A DNA stretch of 64,000 bases from Lama glama (GCA_028534125.1 CM052817.1:60824001-60888000); one strand, 5' to 3'. Shown: positions 13,768-27,504, numbered from the stretch's first letter. Notes: generated by a model from the sequence alone, not told the origin. Made by a program: numbers and translations.

Positions 13768-14260
13768 TACCATCCTTAAACCCAAGCAAGAAAGAACCCT
13801 GCCCTGAGCCCTGCTCTTTCAAGTCCCCCTTCTGGCCTTCTTTTTGCCACCTTCCTTCCCACCAGGAGAGGAGTTTACAGAGTCAAGGGGACCTGTCCAC
13901 CAGGAGCCTATGCACTCCTTCTAAACCATATTCCAAGGATCCAGACCCCATAGTTATTTATCCAAACTCTCCCAATCCCATTTTCTGGACCCATAGCCAC
14001 TTGTCTCCAGTCCATTCTCTGAGGGGGAACCATACCACTGGTTTAGCTCCCTAGCCCAAGGGTGGCCAAGGGACGGTGTCTGTGGGTGTGGATGGATAGA
14101 GTGTGGGTGTGCACCTGACAGGAAGGACTGCATGCACATGGGCAGGGCCTTCACGGTGCAGGAGAAGAGCTAGAAGTGGAAAGAGAAGGGGGTCATGAAG
14201 CTGCAGTTGAAGAACAGATTTTAAAGTCTGGTAGCTTGACTTATGACTTGAAGTATTTAG
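13768..14260. mobile_element. possible ancient hAT-Tip100-like DNA transposon remnant
   Basis: GC-richer block starting 'ccatccttaaacccaagcaagaaagaaccctgccctgagccctg', reminiscent of MamRep/Tip100-type termini. The family assignment is uncertain. Confidence 0.3.
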
Positions 14261-15668
14261 AGATGCACTATGCCAGAGTCTGTTTCTACGCTGACCTCAG
14301 GCTCCACAAATATTCACTATTCCACAGCTACCAGCTTAAGTTATTTCATGCATTTACCACTGAGTCCCCAAAATATTTTTTTCTAATTTTAGGACTCATT
14401 ATTGTTAAATATTTTACCCTGGAGAGGAAAATACGCTACTATGGACTGAAATCTCTTTCGAGTTCTTCAGTCTGGGCAAAATCCCAACCTTTTCCCCATT
14501 ATTCTGCCACCTTCTGTGCCGGTCCCTCCACTGCGCTGTCTCACCGATCTGTGGATGTTCTGTGTACTTCATACGGGGACCGTGTTGGCTGAGGGGCACA
14601 GTCCTCTTCTCACATCAGCTTGAAAAATAAGCAACTAGCATCTATTTTTCTTTAGTGGCCCCCTTTTTAAAAAATGTTGACTATCAGAGGATGATAAGAC
14701 TGCAGAATTAAAGCTTCATACCTGAAATCATCTCTGTATTGAATGAAGCTCTGTAATGAGTTTGTGTAATACCTGCAAATAGCTGAGAATACTATTTATC
14801 AGCAGAAGAACTGGTTTAAATTACTTTCAGCTTTGATGAGAAATGTGAAGAGACAGAAGTACACTACACACTGGCGTTTGTACAACTGGCAGCTTGGCAA
14901 ATAGCAGCAGCATCACCTCCCTGTATTTGTCATATAGATGACGAACCCGAGAGAGTAGACGGAACAGGGGTGTCAGCTAATCAGCTTTTTTCATTAAAAT
15001 TGATACTATCATTTTTATTCTGTAGTGCTTCCCTACATCAGGAAGTCATGTATATACTAGAAGCACCCAAAGAATGTGGAAAATCTACTACAAATACTTT
15101 ACGTTAGGAAGAAAATTATTTTAGTTGCCCATATTTGACTTAAAGGATTATGTCAAAACCTTTCTTTCCCATCTCAGTGCCAAAGAATACAAAAACGTCA
15201 CAATTGTTGCCATAGTCTGCATTTGTAGGGAAGCTTTTTATTCCAAGACCGTGCTTTCATACCTATTTTATATCTTTGCATCACGACAAGCCTACATGCT
15301 AAGTAGCATGTAACATAAACGTCTCACAGTCACCTTGATGTTTTCATTAACCATCGCCTCTTTTCTTTTCACCCGTCATTCCTTGCCAGTGGAGCCATTC
15401 CACGTAATTCTAATGAATAGAGATAGATCTTGTCCAAATCTTTGAGCTGTCTTTTGAGTAAGACCAACCCATATATGAAACAAGCCACAGACATTCAATT
15501 AAAAACAACCTTGGATATTCTAATCTTTTGTGAAGCAACAGTCCACAGGGGTTGCACATTCAAATGCCTTCAAGAAGCAGCAGTTAACAAAACTCATGAA
15601 GTACACCATGAAATCTTAGACTATTTTTGTATGATCAAACTCCATCTTTGTCTGGTTCTACTGCTTTT

Positions 15669-15796
15669 TTTTGTTTGGTTTGGTGGGAGGGGGATAATTA
15701 AGTCAGTTTGTTTATTTTTAGTGGAGGGATCAGGGATTGAACCCAGGACCTTGTGCGTGCTAAGCACATGCTTTGCCACTGAGCTATACATTCCCC
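15669..15796 (-). mobile_element. Vic-1-type tRNA-derived SINE
   Basis: Reverse strand reads ggggaatgtatagctcagtggcaaagcatgtgcttagcacgcacaaggtcctgggttcaatccc, with Pol III A and B boxes and an A-rich tail. Decayed TSD tctggttctactgctttt / tctacttgtattgctttt. Confidence 0.85.
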
Positions 15797-15919
15797 TCTA
15801 CTTGTATTGCTTTTTAAAATCTATGAGGGGTAGACCCCACCTCAGGGCGTCAACTAGTGACCCCACCCCTTCTAGCTGTCCTTGCTCCTGCCTTCCCTTA
15901 CATCTTCTTCAACCCTACG

Positions 15920-16072
15920 TTCTTTTCTTTTTCTTTTTTTTTAAACAGCTTTATTGTGGTATGATTCCTGTTCAGTAAACTACACATATTTCAGACGTAC
16001 AGTTGATGAATTTTGATGTATACCCCTGTTAAACCACCACCACAATCAAGATCCCTAACAATTCCATCACTC
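15920..16072 (-). mobile_element. old L1 3' end fragment
   Basis: T-rich tail then 'aacagctttattgtggtatgatt...accaccaccacaatcaagat...aacaattccatcac'. Confidence 0.7.
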
Positions 16073-17454
16073 AAGAGGTGCAAACTTTGGCAACCCTGCG
16101 TTTTCTTTCAGACACATGGCTTTTGGCTCTGTCTTCATACTGGACTCCAGAATTGTTCCTTGATTTGTACAAATAGTTTGGTTTTTACAGCTTTTATGCT
16201 TTGGCTCTATCTTTCAAACAGAATTTGCAAGTGCCCTCTAGCTACATTTCTACTTTTGCGTCTAGGAATTATCCTCTGAAGTATAGTCAAAATGTCTGTC
16301 TTAAGTATAGGCACTTCTGATGGGCCTGCTCTATGCTCTGACCCCCTGTCCATCACCCAGGCTCAGAAGAGAAAGATTAGATCATCCCAGCCCTTATTAA
16401 AATCCATCTCTATGTTAAGTGTTCAAGTTCATTTTCAGTTAATTATACTTAAGTGCCAGGCCATGTTTGAATGATATATTTTAGCATATAGCAGTCAGGT
16501 ATAATGGCTTAAAAGAAAAAAAATTAATGGGCACAAATTTTGCTGTTTCAAGCTTCAAACCCTTCTTCTGTAATCAGTACTCAGTATGAATGTATAAGAA
16601 CTCATTAACATTTATTCCCTGTTTTGATTTAAATTTAAGCTCTCCCATCATAGATTATAAACAGAATGTCTGAACACATTTGACCTTTCTGGGTAGAAAA
16701 GTTAACTTTTTTCAGATTCCTCTAAATACTAAAAAACATAATAGGTCACTCACTGTTATCTTTTATTATATAGGAAATTTAGGTCATTTAAAGAAAGATG
16801 TCCAAATTATATCTCAGTAATCTTTGAAGAAATAAATGAATATATTTTCTTTATTGCCAATAGGAATCTAAAAATGAGTTTGCAATTAAAAAGCTTTTTT
16901 CACCTATACCTCAACTGTATCTCCTATATAAGTAGAGCTTCCTTATACTCAAAATTTCTTCAGGAATATGTTAGAGATAGCTGGGTTGGTGAAGGAAGTG
17001 ATGGATAGACTCATCTCAATTTATCAGTATGTCTGTTATATCACGTGGGACTTACCTACTACCTATAATGACTGATAAAAGGGGGTCTTTTATGTAAAAT
17101 ATAATTAACAAAGTCAAAGTGATTTTTGGCCAATTTTTCAATTTTTTTAGCATCTTACAAACAGTATGTTGTGTGTGTGTGCGTATGTGTTTCCCCTCTT
17201 ACATGTTGAAAGTGAAAAATTGGTTAGAGGTGGAAAATGAAGTCTGGAGTAACTTGCAAAAGACCTTGACTTAAATAACAAATTATATCACATTATCTAA
17301 TAGTCTTTTAATAGATAGCCTATCACCTGCAGATCACTTAAAGCATAGTAGTAATTTATGGACAGTAGTTATTAAGAGTAACTTATACCATAATAGTGCC
17401 TTTTCTGGAAATATTTTAATAACAAAATCTATCCAGCTCCTGAAGTTATATACT

Positions 17455-17630
17455 GATAGATGAAATTTATTGAGCACTTACTGTGTATTAAACACTCTTC
17501 TAAGTGCTTATCATGCAGGAATTTAATTTCCATAGCTCACTCTCTGAAAAAAGTACTATCCTCTCAGCTTGTGGATAAGGAAAGTAATAGTACTTATTTC
17601 AGAGGGTGGCTCAGTGGATTCAAAGCTCAT
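17455..17630 (-). mobile_element. MIR fragment(s)
   Basis: 'atttattgagcacttactgtgtattaaacactcttctaagtgctt' matches the antisense MIR end. Confidence 0.5.
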
Positions 17631-18871
17631 ATATCTATCCACTCTGTTCTCTATTTTTCAATAGTGGAAGCTTTAGAAGAAAAAAGAGGCAGGGGCAGGG
17701 AAAATGGCCCATTTCTCCAACTTTATTTTAAGCATTACTCACTTACTAAGCATCTAAAGATTTTATACTTGTTCCTGGATTATATATGTTATTTTTTCAA
17801 GGTTAAATTGCAAAGTAAAAACAGTCTTGTACAAGCAATAATAATAGCTTATACGTTCCACTGCAAAGCATTTCCCAGCCAGAATTTGGAAACACTTTTC
17901 ACGCATCACTGAAAAATAGCTCCCTTCAATTGAATAATGCTAATGTTTATTAGCACTTAATGGCCTCAGATAGGACAGTATTTTGAAATTCAAGAGTAAT
18001 TTGAAGTGTGCAGAATGTGAATACACCAAAGAGTTTAGTTGCCATATTTCAAAATAAAGTGTTCAGCACCTTACACACCACAGCTCCTCAGTTTCAATTG
18101 CTGCTAATGCCAGAACAGTGACATAGACCAGTGGACCTTCCATTTCTATGTGTGGAAATGGTTCTTGACAACCTGTGACTTTGGACAAGTTAATTAACCC
18201 TCTTATGTTCATGATCCACTTAATGCCAAGAAATGTGTTGAGTAAATTAGTGTTTGTAAAAGTAAAAGTTTCTTAAATGTGTGCTAAAAAGGACATATAA
18301 AAAATTATTAACTTCAGGAACCAAATGGAACCAAAATCAATGCTCAGTTTTCTAGAAATTCCTAAACCATCTTGTAGAATGAGAAGATAGAGTAGAATAG
18401 CTTTGTTAATTTTTTTTTTGTATCTGAAGAAGAACTTTACTGTGACTTTACTGATGACATTGGAATTTGAGAAATACAAACTCGATTCAGATGTGACCGT
18501 CTGACTCTGCCCATTTTCTATGGCTTCTGGTTTCTGTTTCACACACAAATGGCAGCCCTTGCCCTTCCCTAATTGTGAACAGTACAAATTGTGGGCGCCT
18601 ATGACATGGTACAACGACAACCTAAGTTCACCTTTATGACTTTCAAAATAAAACCACTAGCAGCTATTTCAGAAGAAAAAACGCTGGGTTAAAAACTTAA
18701 AATAAGATTCAACATACCTCTCCCATTAGTAAAAACATAAACTAACATATCTAAAATAATAAATTTCAAACATTTTAAAGATATTACCCTCATCAAGCTC
18801 TCTAATACTTGTTCTTATCAGCATAGACTTTCTCCCATGGCTTCTCTTTGACATTTGAAACGGTTGCCTAC

Positions 18872-18989
18872 CGTTTCTGCACGTGGGCCTCCTTCCATTG
18901 TATGTTCTAATCCTGCTCTCAAGTCAGATCCCACCAAGTGTCTGCGTTCTTGAGAAATAACTGATGTGTTCTCGTATTTGAAGTTTTTT
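18872..18989 (-). other. candidate exon (118 nt; may read through to TGA at 18818-18820)
   Basis: Acceptor cttctttgttttatttcaatag|A and donor ACG|GTAGGC. One frame is open (KNFKYENTSVISQERRHLVGSDLRAGLEHTMEGGPRAET). Splice motifs only, no transcript evidence. Confidence 0.3.
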
Positions 18990-19999
18990 CTATTGAAATA
19001 AAACAAAGAAGATGTGAGATGAAGAGGCAGTTTTGCTCTTTGATTAGAAATCACCTTAAAATAAGAAAAACAAGTTTTTAAATATGATCCTGAGACTAGG
19101 AAGATAAAGTTAGCCAACTATGTTTACTCTAATTATATAGATGCACGTAATTCTTTCTAGGAATGAGATATTTTAAATTATTTTCTCGTCAGTATTAATG
19201 TCTCAGGCATTGCTTAAGGAATTCTGAATGGTAAAGCAAGGAGCTATTTTAGGAGAAGATCTTGATTTTGTTTAGCTAAACTATGTACAGCCTTCCTGCT
19301 TTTCCTCCTAAACACTGAAATTTGACAATTGGCAACTCTAGTGTTTTCAATTATTTATAAATAATAGTTTTATTTCAGTTTTCTTTATTGAATATGCCAA
19401 AATAAATGTTTTTGTACTTTTAAATTTCTGCAGTAGGAAAATTGTTTATGTTATTTGAAAGAAGAATAAGCTATCTGCAAACTGTGTTTCAGGAGATTAC
19501 AATGCATGGTATTATCCTAACTTACTATAAAACTGACAAAATTTTGTGTTGTATTAACATGTCAAGGAACAGATTTCAAGTCAATAGGAAATAACATAAG
19601 CTAGGTGAGTAGGAGTGGTGAAAGACTTTTTCAAGGGGAAGGTAACAGTTTCTGAGGATGACAAACCTTTGGGGGTATCTTCCGTATTAGTGCAGGCTGC
19701 TTGTAAACAGAGTAACACTTCAGGCTTTAGTAAACAGGGGGGAAAAAGCAAATGTCTCTCCTGGCATATGAACATAAGGACTCTGCCCAGGGAATGACTT
19801 CTCATTCATACACTTTATCTTGTAAAGAAGCAAAAGAAAAGAATTAGAAATCTTGCAATATCTGTGAGTGTGTGTCAGGTAATGAGCAAATGCTTTGTAT
19901 CCCTTTTCAAACCACAATCTCAAATCCTTACACATTTTCACTCTGACTTTCACTAACTTGTTCTTTAAGACTTCATTTTTTTCATCAAAATGCATCTGC

Positions 20000-21062
20000 T
20001 TCCTCCAACCAGCCTCCTCCTTGCCAGTTTAGATGTTGCTCAGAGGTCTTTTCCCTGATCCGTAGAATTGGATTCTCCTGACATGCGTTCCCCCAGCTCC
20101 TTGAGTTTGCCTGCAGTAAGTTTCATCACGTGGGAGTGAGACTGCTGTAACAACAGTCATAACCATCAACTGTTGCTGAATTCCATGGGACTAGAGATGA
20201 GGCCCGTCTTATTCATCCCTGTCACTCAGAGTGTGGCCTGTAGTAGGTGGTCCATAAATGGCACCACAGTTAATAGAGACAGAAGTAGGAGGAGTCCAGA
20301 CTCTCCCTAGGTAACCTCATCTTCTTTTGTGGATTTTAATTTCACCTATAGTATGTGCACTCCCAACTCTGCTTGTCACCCAGTTTTCCCTGCAGTTTCA
20401 GACATTTATATCCAACTGTTAAGAGCACACCCTCCAGAGCCAGGCTGCCTGGGTTTGTATTTTTCACTTTGCCACTAATTGCACTCATTACATTTCATGT
20501 ACAAATTCTGTTCAATCAAGTTGTGACTTTGAGCAAATTGTCCTTGATTTCTCCATGCTCTCAATTTCTTCCTCTCTAAAAAGGGGGAGAGGCTTAAAAG
20601 AATTAATACACGGAAAGCACTTGAACAGGGCCTGGCAGGTACTTACACTGTCGTCCTCGCTGCCACGGCTCCTGCTGCTCTTGCTGGTGCTCTTACCATG
20701 TTGCTAGACGAGTTTCCTCGGCCACTCCTGTTACGTCTAATACACAGTACCTGAAACTGAACTCTTCATTTCTCCATTGGCGGAATGTTCTCTGCTTCTC
20801 GTATTCTCCTTCCTAATTCACCCAGTTCATCCTACCACCACCCACCCAGTTACCTAAGCAGATGCAAATCGTACTCACCCTCTCCCCCACCCCTTCAGCT
20901 GCCACCCGGTACCGTCTAGTGACTCCCTAAACCCTTCTCTTAGTGCCTTATGAACAGCTCATACTCACCTCCTCCTCTCTATTCTCATTGCTTTTGCCAG
21001 GCCCCGTCACTGCCTGGATGGCTTCCTAACCTGTCTCACTGCTTCCAGTCTCCTACCTCTGC
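20000..21062 (+). mobile_element. L2 fragments with a nested MIR (~20420-20640)
   Basis: L2-like pyrimidine-rich segments. MIR core 'gtgactttgagcaaattgtccttgatttctccatgctctcaatttcttcctctctaaaaggggg...aaagcactt'. Confidence 0.5.
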
Positions 21063-21064
21063 GG

Positions 21065-21960
21065 TACACTCACTCTTTCACCAAATGTTCTTTGAGCAAT
21101 TACTGTGTGCCAGGCACTGTTTTGTAGTTTTAGTATCTGTCAGTAAACAAAACAAACAGTTTAAAATTTCCCACTTTCACTGAGCATATATTTCAGTAGG
21201 AAGAGACAGGAGATAAATTACGAACACCGCAAATAAGTAAATTACAGAAAACATTAAAAGATAAAGTGCTGTTTTTAAAAAAAAAGCTAAAAGGTAGGGA
21301 GTTATGGAGTGGATGGGCAGTTTTCAATTTAAAAAATGGTATTCAGAATGTGAAAACATATATATATATGTATATATATATTGCATGACTGGGACATTGT
21401 GCTGTACACTAGAAATTGACACATTGTAACTGACTATACTTCAGTTTTTAAAAAAAAGAGCATCCATGGAAGATGGATAGCAATGTATTAAAACTCCTAA
21501 AAAATAAATAAATAAAATAAAAATTAAAAAGAGTATTCAGGGAAGTCTCCTTGATAAGATGGCATGTGAATGAGCACTTGAAGGAAATGTGGGGGTGAGC
21601 TTTGCAGATATCTGAGTGAAGAGCATTCCTGACAGGGCTCACTCAGTGAGGTGGAGTATACCTAGTGTGCTGAAGAAAAAGCAAAGAAACTAGTGCAGCC
21701 GGAGTGGAGAGAGTGAGGAATAAGAGAAGTAGAGGAAGAAGTCAGAGAAGTAACCACGGGCCAGACAGTTTGGGGCTGGGCCAGTGTAAGAACATTGGCT
21801 TTTATTCTGAATGAAATGAGGAGCTGTTGTAAGGTTGTGAACACAGAAGAGACATGATTTGGCTGCTGCATTGAAAAAAGGCTGGAAGTGGAAAGGATAG
21901 AAACTGGGAAAACAGTTAAGGTTATTATGATAATCTAGATGAAAGATGATGTTATCTTTT
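21065..21960 (-). mobile_element. L2 3' portion, interrupted by a younger L1 insertion
   Basis: 'caaatgttctttgagcaattactgtgtgccaggcactgtt' end. L2 resumes at 21541 (ggaagtctcc...tgaaggaaatg). Confidence 0.7.
21347..21525 (+). mobile_element. lineage-specific L1 3' end with extra 3' segment and second A-rich tail
   Basis: L1 end 'gctgtacactagaaattgacacattgtaactgactatacttca' is shared with the copy at 28280-28325. TSD aaaaatggtattcag (21332-21346) / aaaaagagtattcag (21526-21540), with a TT|AAAA endonuclease site. Confidence 0.8.
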
Positions 21961-22475
21961 TTTAAAGCCACAGTGTAGATTCCTAAACTTGATGGAACAG
22001 TTCACCTTCCGGTGAAGTAGCAATAAATATTATGTTGAGTTTCCTTTGGCCAAAATGTATATTTCCAGATTTATCTCTGCACTACGAGCTCCAGCCAGAT
22101 TGTACTATTATCCGTTTCCCTAAACACAGCATGCTGTCTTTGATGCCTTGTTACCTAGGCTCTCATGTGGCCCCATCAGCCTGGATGGCTCTCCCGCCAC
22201 ATTGCCTTGTACATCTGGAAATGTTCTTCTACTTCTTTCTGAATGTCCCCACTGGTACATGATACTTGCAAGAATTAATTGATAATTCAGTGTTCCTGGC
22301 GCTACAAGAGACATTTTATATGTTATTTCACTGAATCTTTATAATGACCTTGAAAGGCAGATTATTTTATCCTAATTTTGCAATACATATTAATATATTG
22401 ACTCAGTAATTCAACATCTTGGCCCCTTGTGGGAAAGAGGTGGAATACTTTGTTCAGCAGTAGTGGGAGAGGTAG

Positions 22476-22830
22476 TGTATTAGTTTGCTAGGGCTGCCGT
22501 ACAAAACTGGATGGCTTATTCAACAGAAATTTATTTTCTTACAATTCTCTAGGCTAAAAGTCCAGGATCAAAGTGTTGGCAAAAGTGGTGTCTTCTGACA
22601 CTTCTCTCCTCCGTTCATACACATTGTCTTCTCCCTGCGTCTGCACCTGGTTTTCCCTCTGCACGTCTGTGTGATAACTAGTCATACTGGATTAGGGCGC
22701 ATCCTAATGACCTCACTTTAACTTAATTACCTCTTTACAGATCTTACCTCCAAATACAGTCACATTTTAAGGTGCAAAGGGTTCCGACTTCCGCATATAA
22801 ATTTGAGGGGACACAATTCAGCCCATAAGC
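22476..22830 (-). mobile_element. MaLR solo LTR, MLT1A-like
   Basis: Starts tgtattagtttgctagggctgcc and ends ggggacacaattcagcccataa. Flanks ggtag / ggtaa suggest a 5-bp TSD. Appears inserted into a MIR 5' end. Confidence 0.8.
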
Positions 22831-23599
22831 TGGTAAGAGCATGAACATTAGAATACCTGTGTATAATATTGTTACACCATTGAGTTAGTGTAACAGAACA
22901 GACTTGGTCCATTATTCTAGCTTACTGTAAGACCCTGAGTCTGTTGTTTAGCCTCAGTTTTCCATCTATATGTCTGATAGAATAGTTTCTGTGGTAGTTA
23001 ACTATGATCTTTCTGTTCTTTACTCTTTTGGTCAACAGATGCTTATTGGGAGACTACTCTCTTCCAGACATTGTGCTAGGTACCCATGGAGGCAAATATC
23101 TAGTAACTGCCTTGAGGAGCATCTGGGAAAGAATTCAGTTGTACCACAGAACCTGGCATGTGATACACACTTAATAAATAGTTTTTGGACAAATATATGA
23201 TTAACAAATAAGCTTGCATAACAAAGGTCATCTTCCAGTCGTTCCACTTCAGGCTTCCCTGAGCTTGAGGAAGAGTACAGAGAATGACTTCATCCACCCA
23301 TGAGTTGATCTTGAGAACACAAGTCAACTCATTAATTTAGCACTTCCTCCTTGTCCCCTGCAAAAGAAATTCAAAATAGCATTATCTCATATAAATATAA
23401 TTGTAAAAACAGAACACATGGATTTCCTTTAAAAGGTTAAAATTCAGAATTTCCGATTTTGGATAAAGAAATGAAAGGCATTATTTCTTGACTATTTGAC
23501 ATGACATGGACTCTTCCTCCCCTTTTTCTTAACTGGCGTAGTTTTAAAATCCAACTAAGCATTGCATTTGCCACTGCAAATTTGTAAACTATAGAAAAA

Positions 23600-24260
23600 T
23601 CAGAAAGATAACCATCACCCAATAGCCTATCACTCAAAAGTAATTTTGAATTATTTTATTCTGGAATGTGTGTGTATGAATGTGTATACATAACTATAAT
23701 TTAATATATAATTTTGTATCTTGTTTCTCTCTTAGTATAAGAAAGTTTCTCTCTTATAGAATATACATACTTATGTTATAAATTCTTTGCAAACATTTTG
23801 AAGTCTGTGTAACAATTTGTACAGTGACTATACCCAAAAAAATCCTCATTTTTTGCTTTTATAAAAATCATTGATCCTGTGACAAGATCCCATTTATGAG
23901 AAACAATGTTATGGGCATGCTTGTATATAATATACTTTCTTAAAATTAATGTCTCGAGGCTATAAAAAACAAGTTGTTGGTATAACTTCTAAGGAAGGGT
24001 GGGAGAAGGGGCTACTGAGAAGCCCAGTCACTCCTTGCTGTCTATACTTCTGCATTATTTAAGGAGTATGCTTTATTTCTGCAATTCAGAATATTTTAAA
24101 ATAAAATAACAACATAGCAGTGAACATATTTGTGTATGAAACTCTTCCTAAATTTCAAATTATTATCTTGGCATAAATTCCCAGAAATGTATTACTAAAT
24201 CAGAGGGTCTAAACATTTTGAAGCCTTTTGATAAAAGCTGGCAAATTGCTTTCCTAATGA
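23600..24260 (-). mobile_element. old L1 (L1ME-like) fragments
   Basis: 'ataaattcccagaaatgt...aaatcagagggtctaaacattttgaagccttttgata...ggcaaattgctttcc' is typical of antisense L1ME. Confidence 0.5.
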
Positions 24261-25579
24261 GCTGTCATGAATAAGTTCTTGAGGAAAATAGTAAACAATT
24301 GAACCAGAAAAAAATATTCTCATCACAAATTTAAATGAGGTTGGCTCATCAAAGTTGGATTCTAAATACGCACCCTTAACTCTTTCCAGTCTTTTCTCTC
24401 ACTGGAAAGTTAAACTAATCATTACAATAGAATGCACTAATTATATATAAGCCTTTATTTTAAAAATATGATGATGTATGCTTCTAAGAGCCTTTTATAG
24501 AAATATGTATTTAACTTGTTTGGCTTTCAATAAACACTTGAAATTTTTTTCCAATTGCAAAAGACATATGCAGTAGCTTTAGTATCATTATTTTGTTTGT
24601 TTCAAATGTGAAATACAAATGAATATTATCTTCAATTTGTCCTAAAATATCTGTTTTCATAATTGATTTAATTGCTTACATTAAAATTTCTAAAAAAGCC
24701 TAATGATGATTTTCTTTAAATGTTGACAAATGACAAATTGATTAGAATAAATTGTATTTAGAGCATGAAATAATTAAAAGTTTCTTTTCCTGTTTTCTCA
24801 AAAGATAATTATTAGAAAATTCAAAGTATTTTATGATGTGCTATTTTTGTCTTAATGTGGTCAGTCAGTCTGGGTACAGAAGTTAAAATAAAAAACAGAA
24901 AATAATTGAAAATGAATCATTATATTTGAAATGTTAAACCAAGAAGAATAGTGAAGTATAATTAAAAGTAACTAAGGTTTGGCTATAGACAGATATGAGT
25001 TCAAATCTTAGCTTTGTGACCAAGAATAAGTTATTTAACTGTGCATAGTTTGAGTATTTTTCATCTATAAAATAAATATTTGCAAAAAATTTTAGTATTG
25101 TAATTTATAGATGCTTTAAAGATGGTACCCACTATTATTATGTCTAAACCAAAAAAGGTGTGTGCTATTTCACATTTTTAAGATAGAAAGTAAATCATAA
25201 TGCCTATGATTACATGCTAGAGATTATTTTATTTTCATTTGCATATAAGGATGTATACAAGATATATAATTTATGATTTATATATAAATTATATCATATA
25301 TACCTTATATAAGACAGATCTCAGAATATTAAAATGAGAATGTGTGTATGTGGTATACACACATATATACATATGGATAGATAGATGTATCCCAGAACAT
25401 CCTAGATGTATCCTGAAATATTAAAATGAGAATGTATGTATGTGTATGTATATGTACACATACACATGCATGAGATATAGCTTACGTAATGTTATATACT
25501 GATATAAAAAATATAAATATATTAAATATAAAGATCCTTATTAAATGTAAATTGTGTGATTATAATAGTCCTTACCACA

Positions 25580-26075
25580 TTCATTCAACAAATATTCATT
25601 GAACACATTTACTTTAAGAACCGTGGACATAGAAGTGATAAAAGAGACATCCTTACCTTCACAGAACATTCATTCAAATGAGGGAAAAGGCAGTAAAAAG
25701 ACAAATGAATAAAATACACAGTACACTAACAGGTTATAGATGCTCAAGGGAAAAAAAAAGAGAGAGATAAAAAAAATTGGAGGATGAGTTGCAAATTTAG
25801 AATAGGGATCAGGGAAGAAGACCTTACTGAGAAGTCATTTGACTCATGACCTGCAGAAAATGAGGGAGCAAACCACTGGGTATCTAAGGTAAGAGTTTTC
25901 CATGCAGAGGGAACAGCAAATGCAAAAGTACAGAGGTAAGGACACACCTGGACAAGTCCCTACAAACTTCCTCATGGAGGTACTGTGAGATTTCATTGAG
26001 TTTAGTACATGTAAAATGCCACGGAATGCATCTGCTGCATAAAAAAAGCTCAATAAATTTTAGTTACTATTTTCC
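25580..26075. mobile_element. L2 (minus, ~25580-25960) followed by a MIR 3' end (plus)
   Basis: 'cattcattcaacaaatattcattgaaca' L2 end and 'cagggaagaagaccttactgagaag'. MIR-like 'gtgagatttcattgagtt...catgtaaaatgc...gctcaataaat'. Confidence 0.6.
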
Positions 26076-27187
26076 ATAGTTCTTAGCATTAGTCATCTTA
26101 TTTAATAATCATTAAATAATATTTTTATATTTTTTCAGAGTTTTCCGTTTGTATTCAAGTATTTGGAATCATGTATACTCAGCCTCAAGCTGTTTAAGCC
26201 ATTGAGTAAATAATTTCTAGTTTTAATAATATGTAATGTAATAACATAGTCTTATAAGATATGTTCTATCTCTTCTACTACATTTAAAGCTCTCCTGTAT
26301 CCAGCACAGCAATAACTTACACATGATAAATGTTCATAGAGTTTTCTTCATTGAATGAGGGAATGAGCGTGCTATTTTTCAATAACTATTTAGTTTTTGA
26401 AGATTGGCCTCATTCACTAAACCATAGTTAACTATGTTTTCTCATGCAGATTATAACTTGGAATGCCCTCATTAACTCATTTATTAAGTTTTATGATTAT
26501 CTACAAGCATCATTACTTAGTGCAATATAAATATGGTGAAAGATTCATTTAGGGAGAGCAGCTACAAGTTAGACAGCTTGTTAGTGATTTTCAGTTGAAT
26601 TAAGATCTACTGTATTAGGCTGTACATTTCAATAAATCAATCCATCCGTCCCTCAGTTTGCTATTTCTTTTTAATAGGCATGCTAAAGGTTTCTAAAGGT
26701 TGACTTTGCATTAATAAGAAATTCTAAAAGTACAAAATTGAATATGTGTAACACTTTGAAGCTGTTTACTTATTTTTATTAACTTCCAAAAGCAAAGGAA
26801 AACTCATAAGGCTGAGACTAGTGTTGCATTTAGAAACTCTGTAATTCACAGTATCATCTGGATGAGGTAAAATGAACATTTGTTTAACATCTTTGACATC
26901 TGCTTCACCCAACTAGACCCTCAGTATAATGTTAGAATCCAAAAAGACAGAGATGGATCTGTTTGACTCCAGTGAAAATTGGTTGAAGAATTATGACCTG
27001 AAAACTAGAGAGCCCCTCAGGATATTTCTTCTGTAAAATTACCAAGCTGTTTTGCTTTCTATTTAAAGTATTTGACTTCAGACAAGTCTTCATTCTATAG
27101 CAAAAAGCTGAAAAGCAGTCTAAAATTTTAGGAGAAAATATACATTTTTAAATGGTACTGTTCTGAGCATGGTTAAGAGTAGTAGCA

Positions 27188-27276
27188 GGGGGTGGGAATA
27201 CTTCTGCTGCAGAGCACATACTTAGCATGCATGAGGTCCTGGGTTCAATCCCCAGTACCTCCATTAAAAAGAAAAA
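27188..27276 (+). mobile_element. Vic-1-type SINE, short form with degenerate A box
   Basis: 'cagagcacatacttagcatgcatgaggtcctgggttcaatccccagtacctccattaaaaa'. TSD aagagtagtagca (27175-27187) / aagaatagtagca (27277-27289), 12/13 identical. Confidence 0.85.
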
Positions 27277-27473
27277 AAGAATAGTAGCAAATACATTTTT
27301 CTGTACCCAAATTCTGCACTAAAAAATTGAAATACTGTGACAAATTATCATTAATACTATATTACTGTATGAAACAAACTGAGAGGTATAGTTTTTAACC
27401 ATTACTCAAGGGCCATGGTAATGTGCAGACATTGGGTCCCAACATCAGTAATTTGGGACCATAAAAAACTAAA

Positions 27474-27504
<31 letters not shown>

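Larger units (their letters stand above)
15546..16098. mobile_element. possible hAT-Charlie MITE (MER103-like) containing nested Vic-1 and L1 insertions
   Basis: Left end caggggttgcacattcaaatgcct and right end ttggcaaccctg form an imperfect terminal inverted repeat. No TSD is recognisable. Confidence 0.35.

Noticed and set aside
15430..15978. 182-aa plus-strand ORF
   Set aside because: Runs through an antisense Vic-1 SINE (GIEPRTLCVLSTC) and an L1 polyT tail, so it is repeat-derived.
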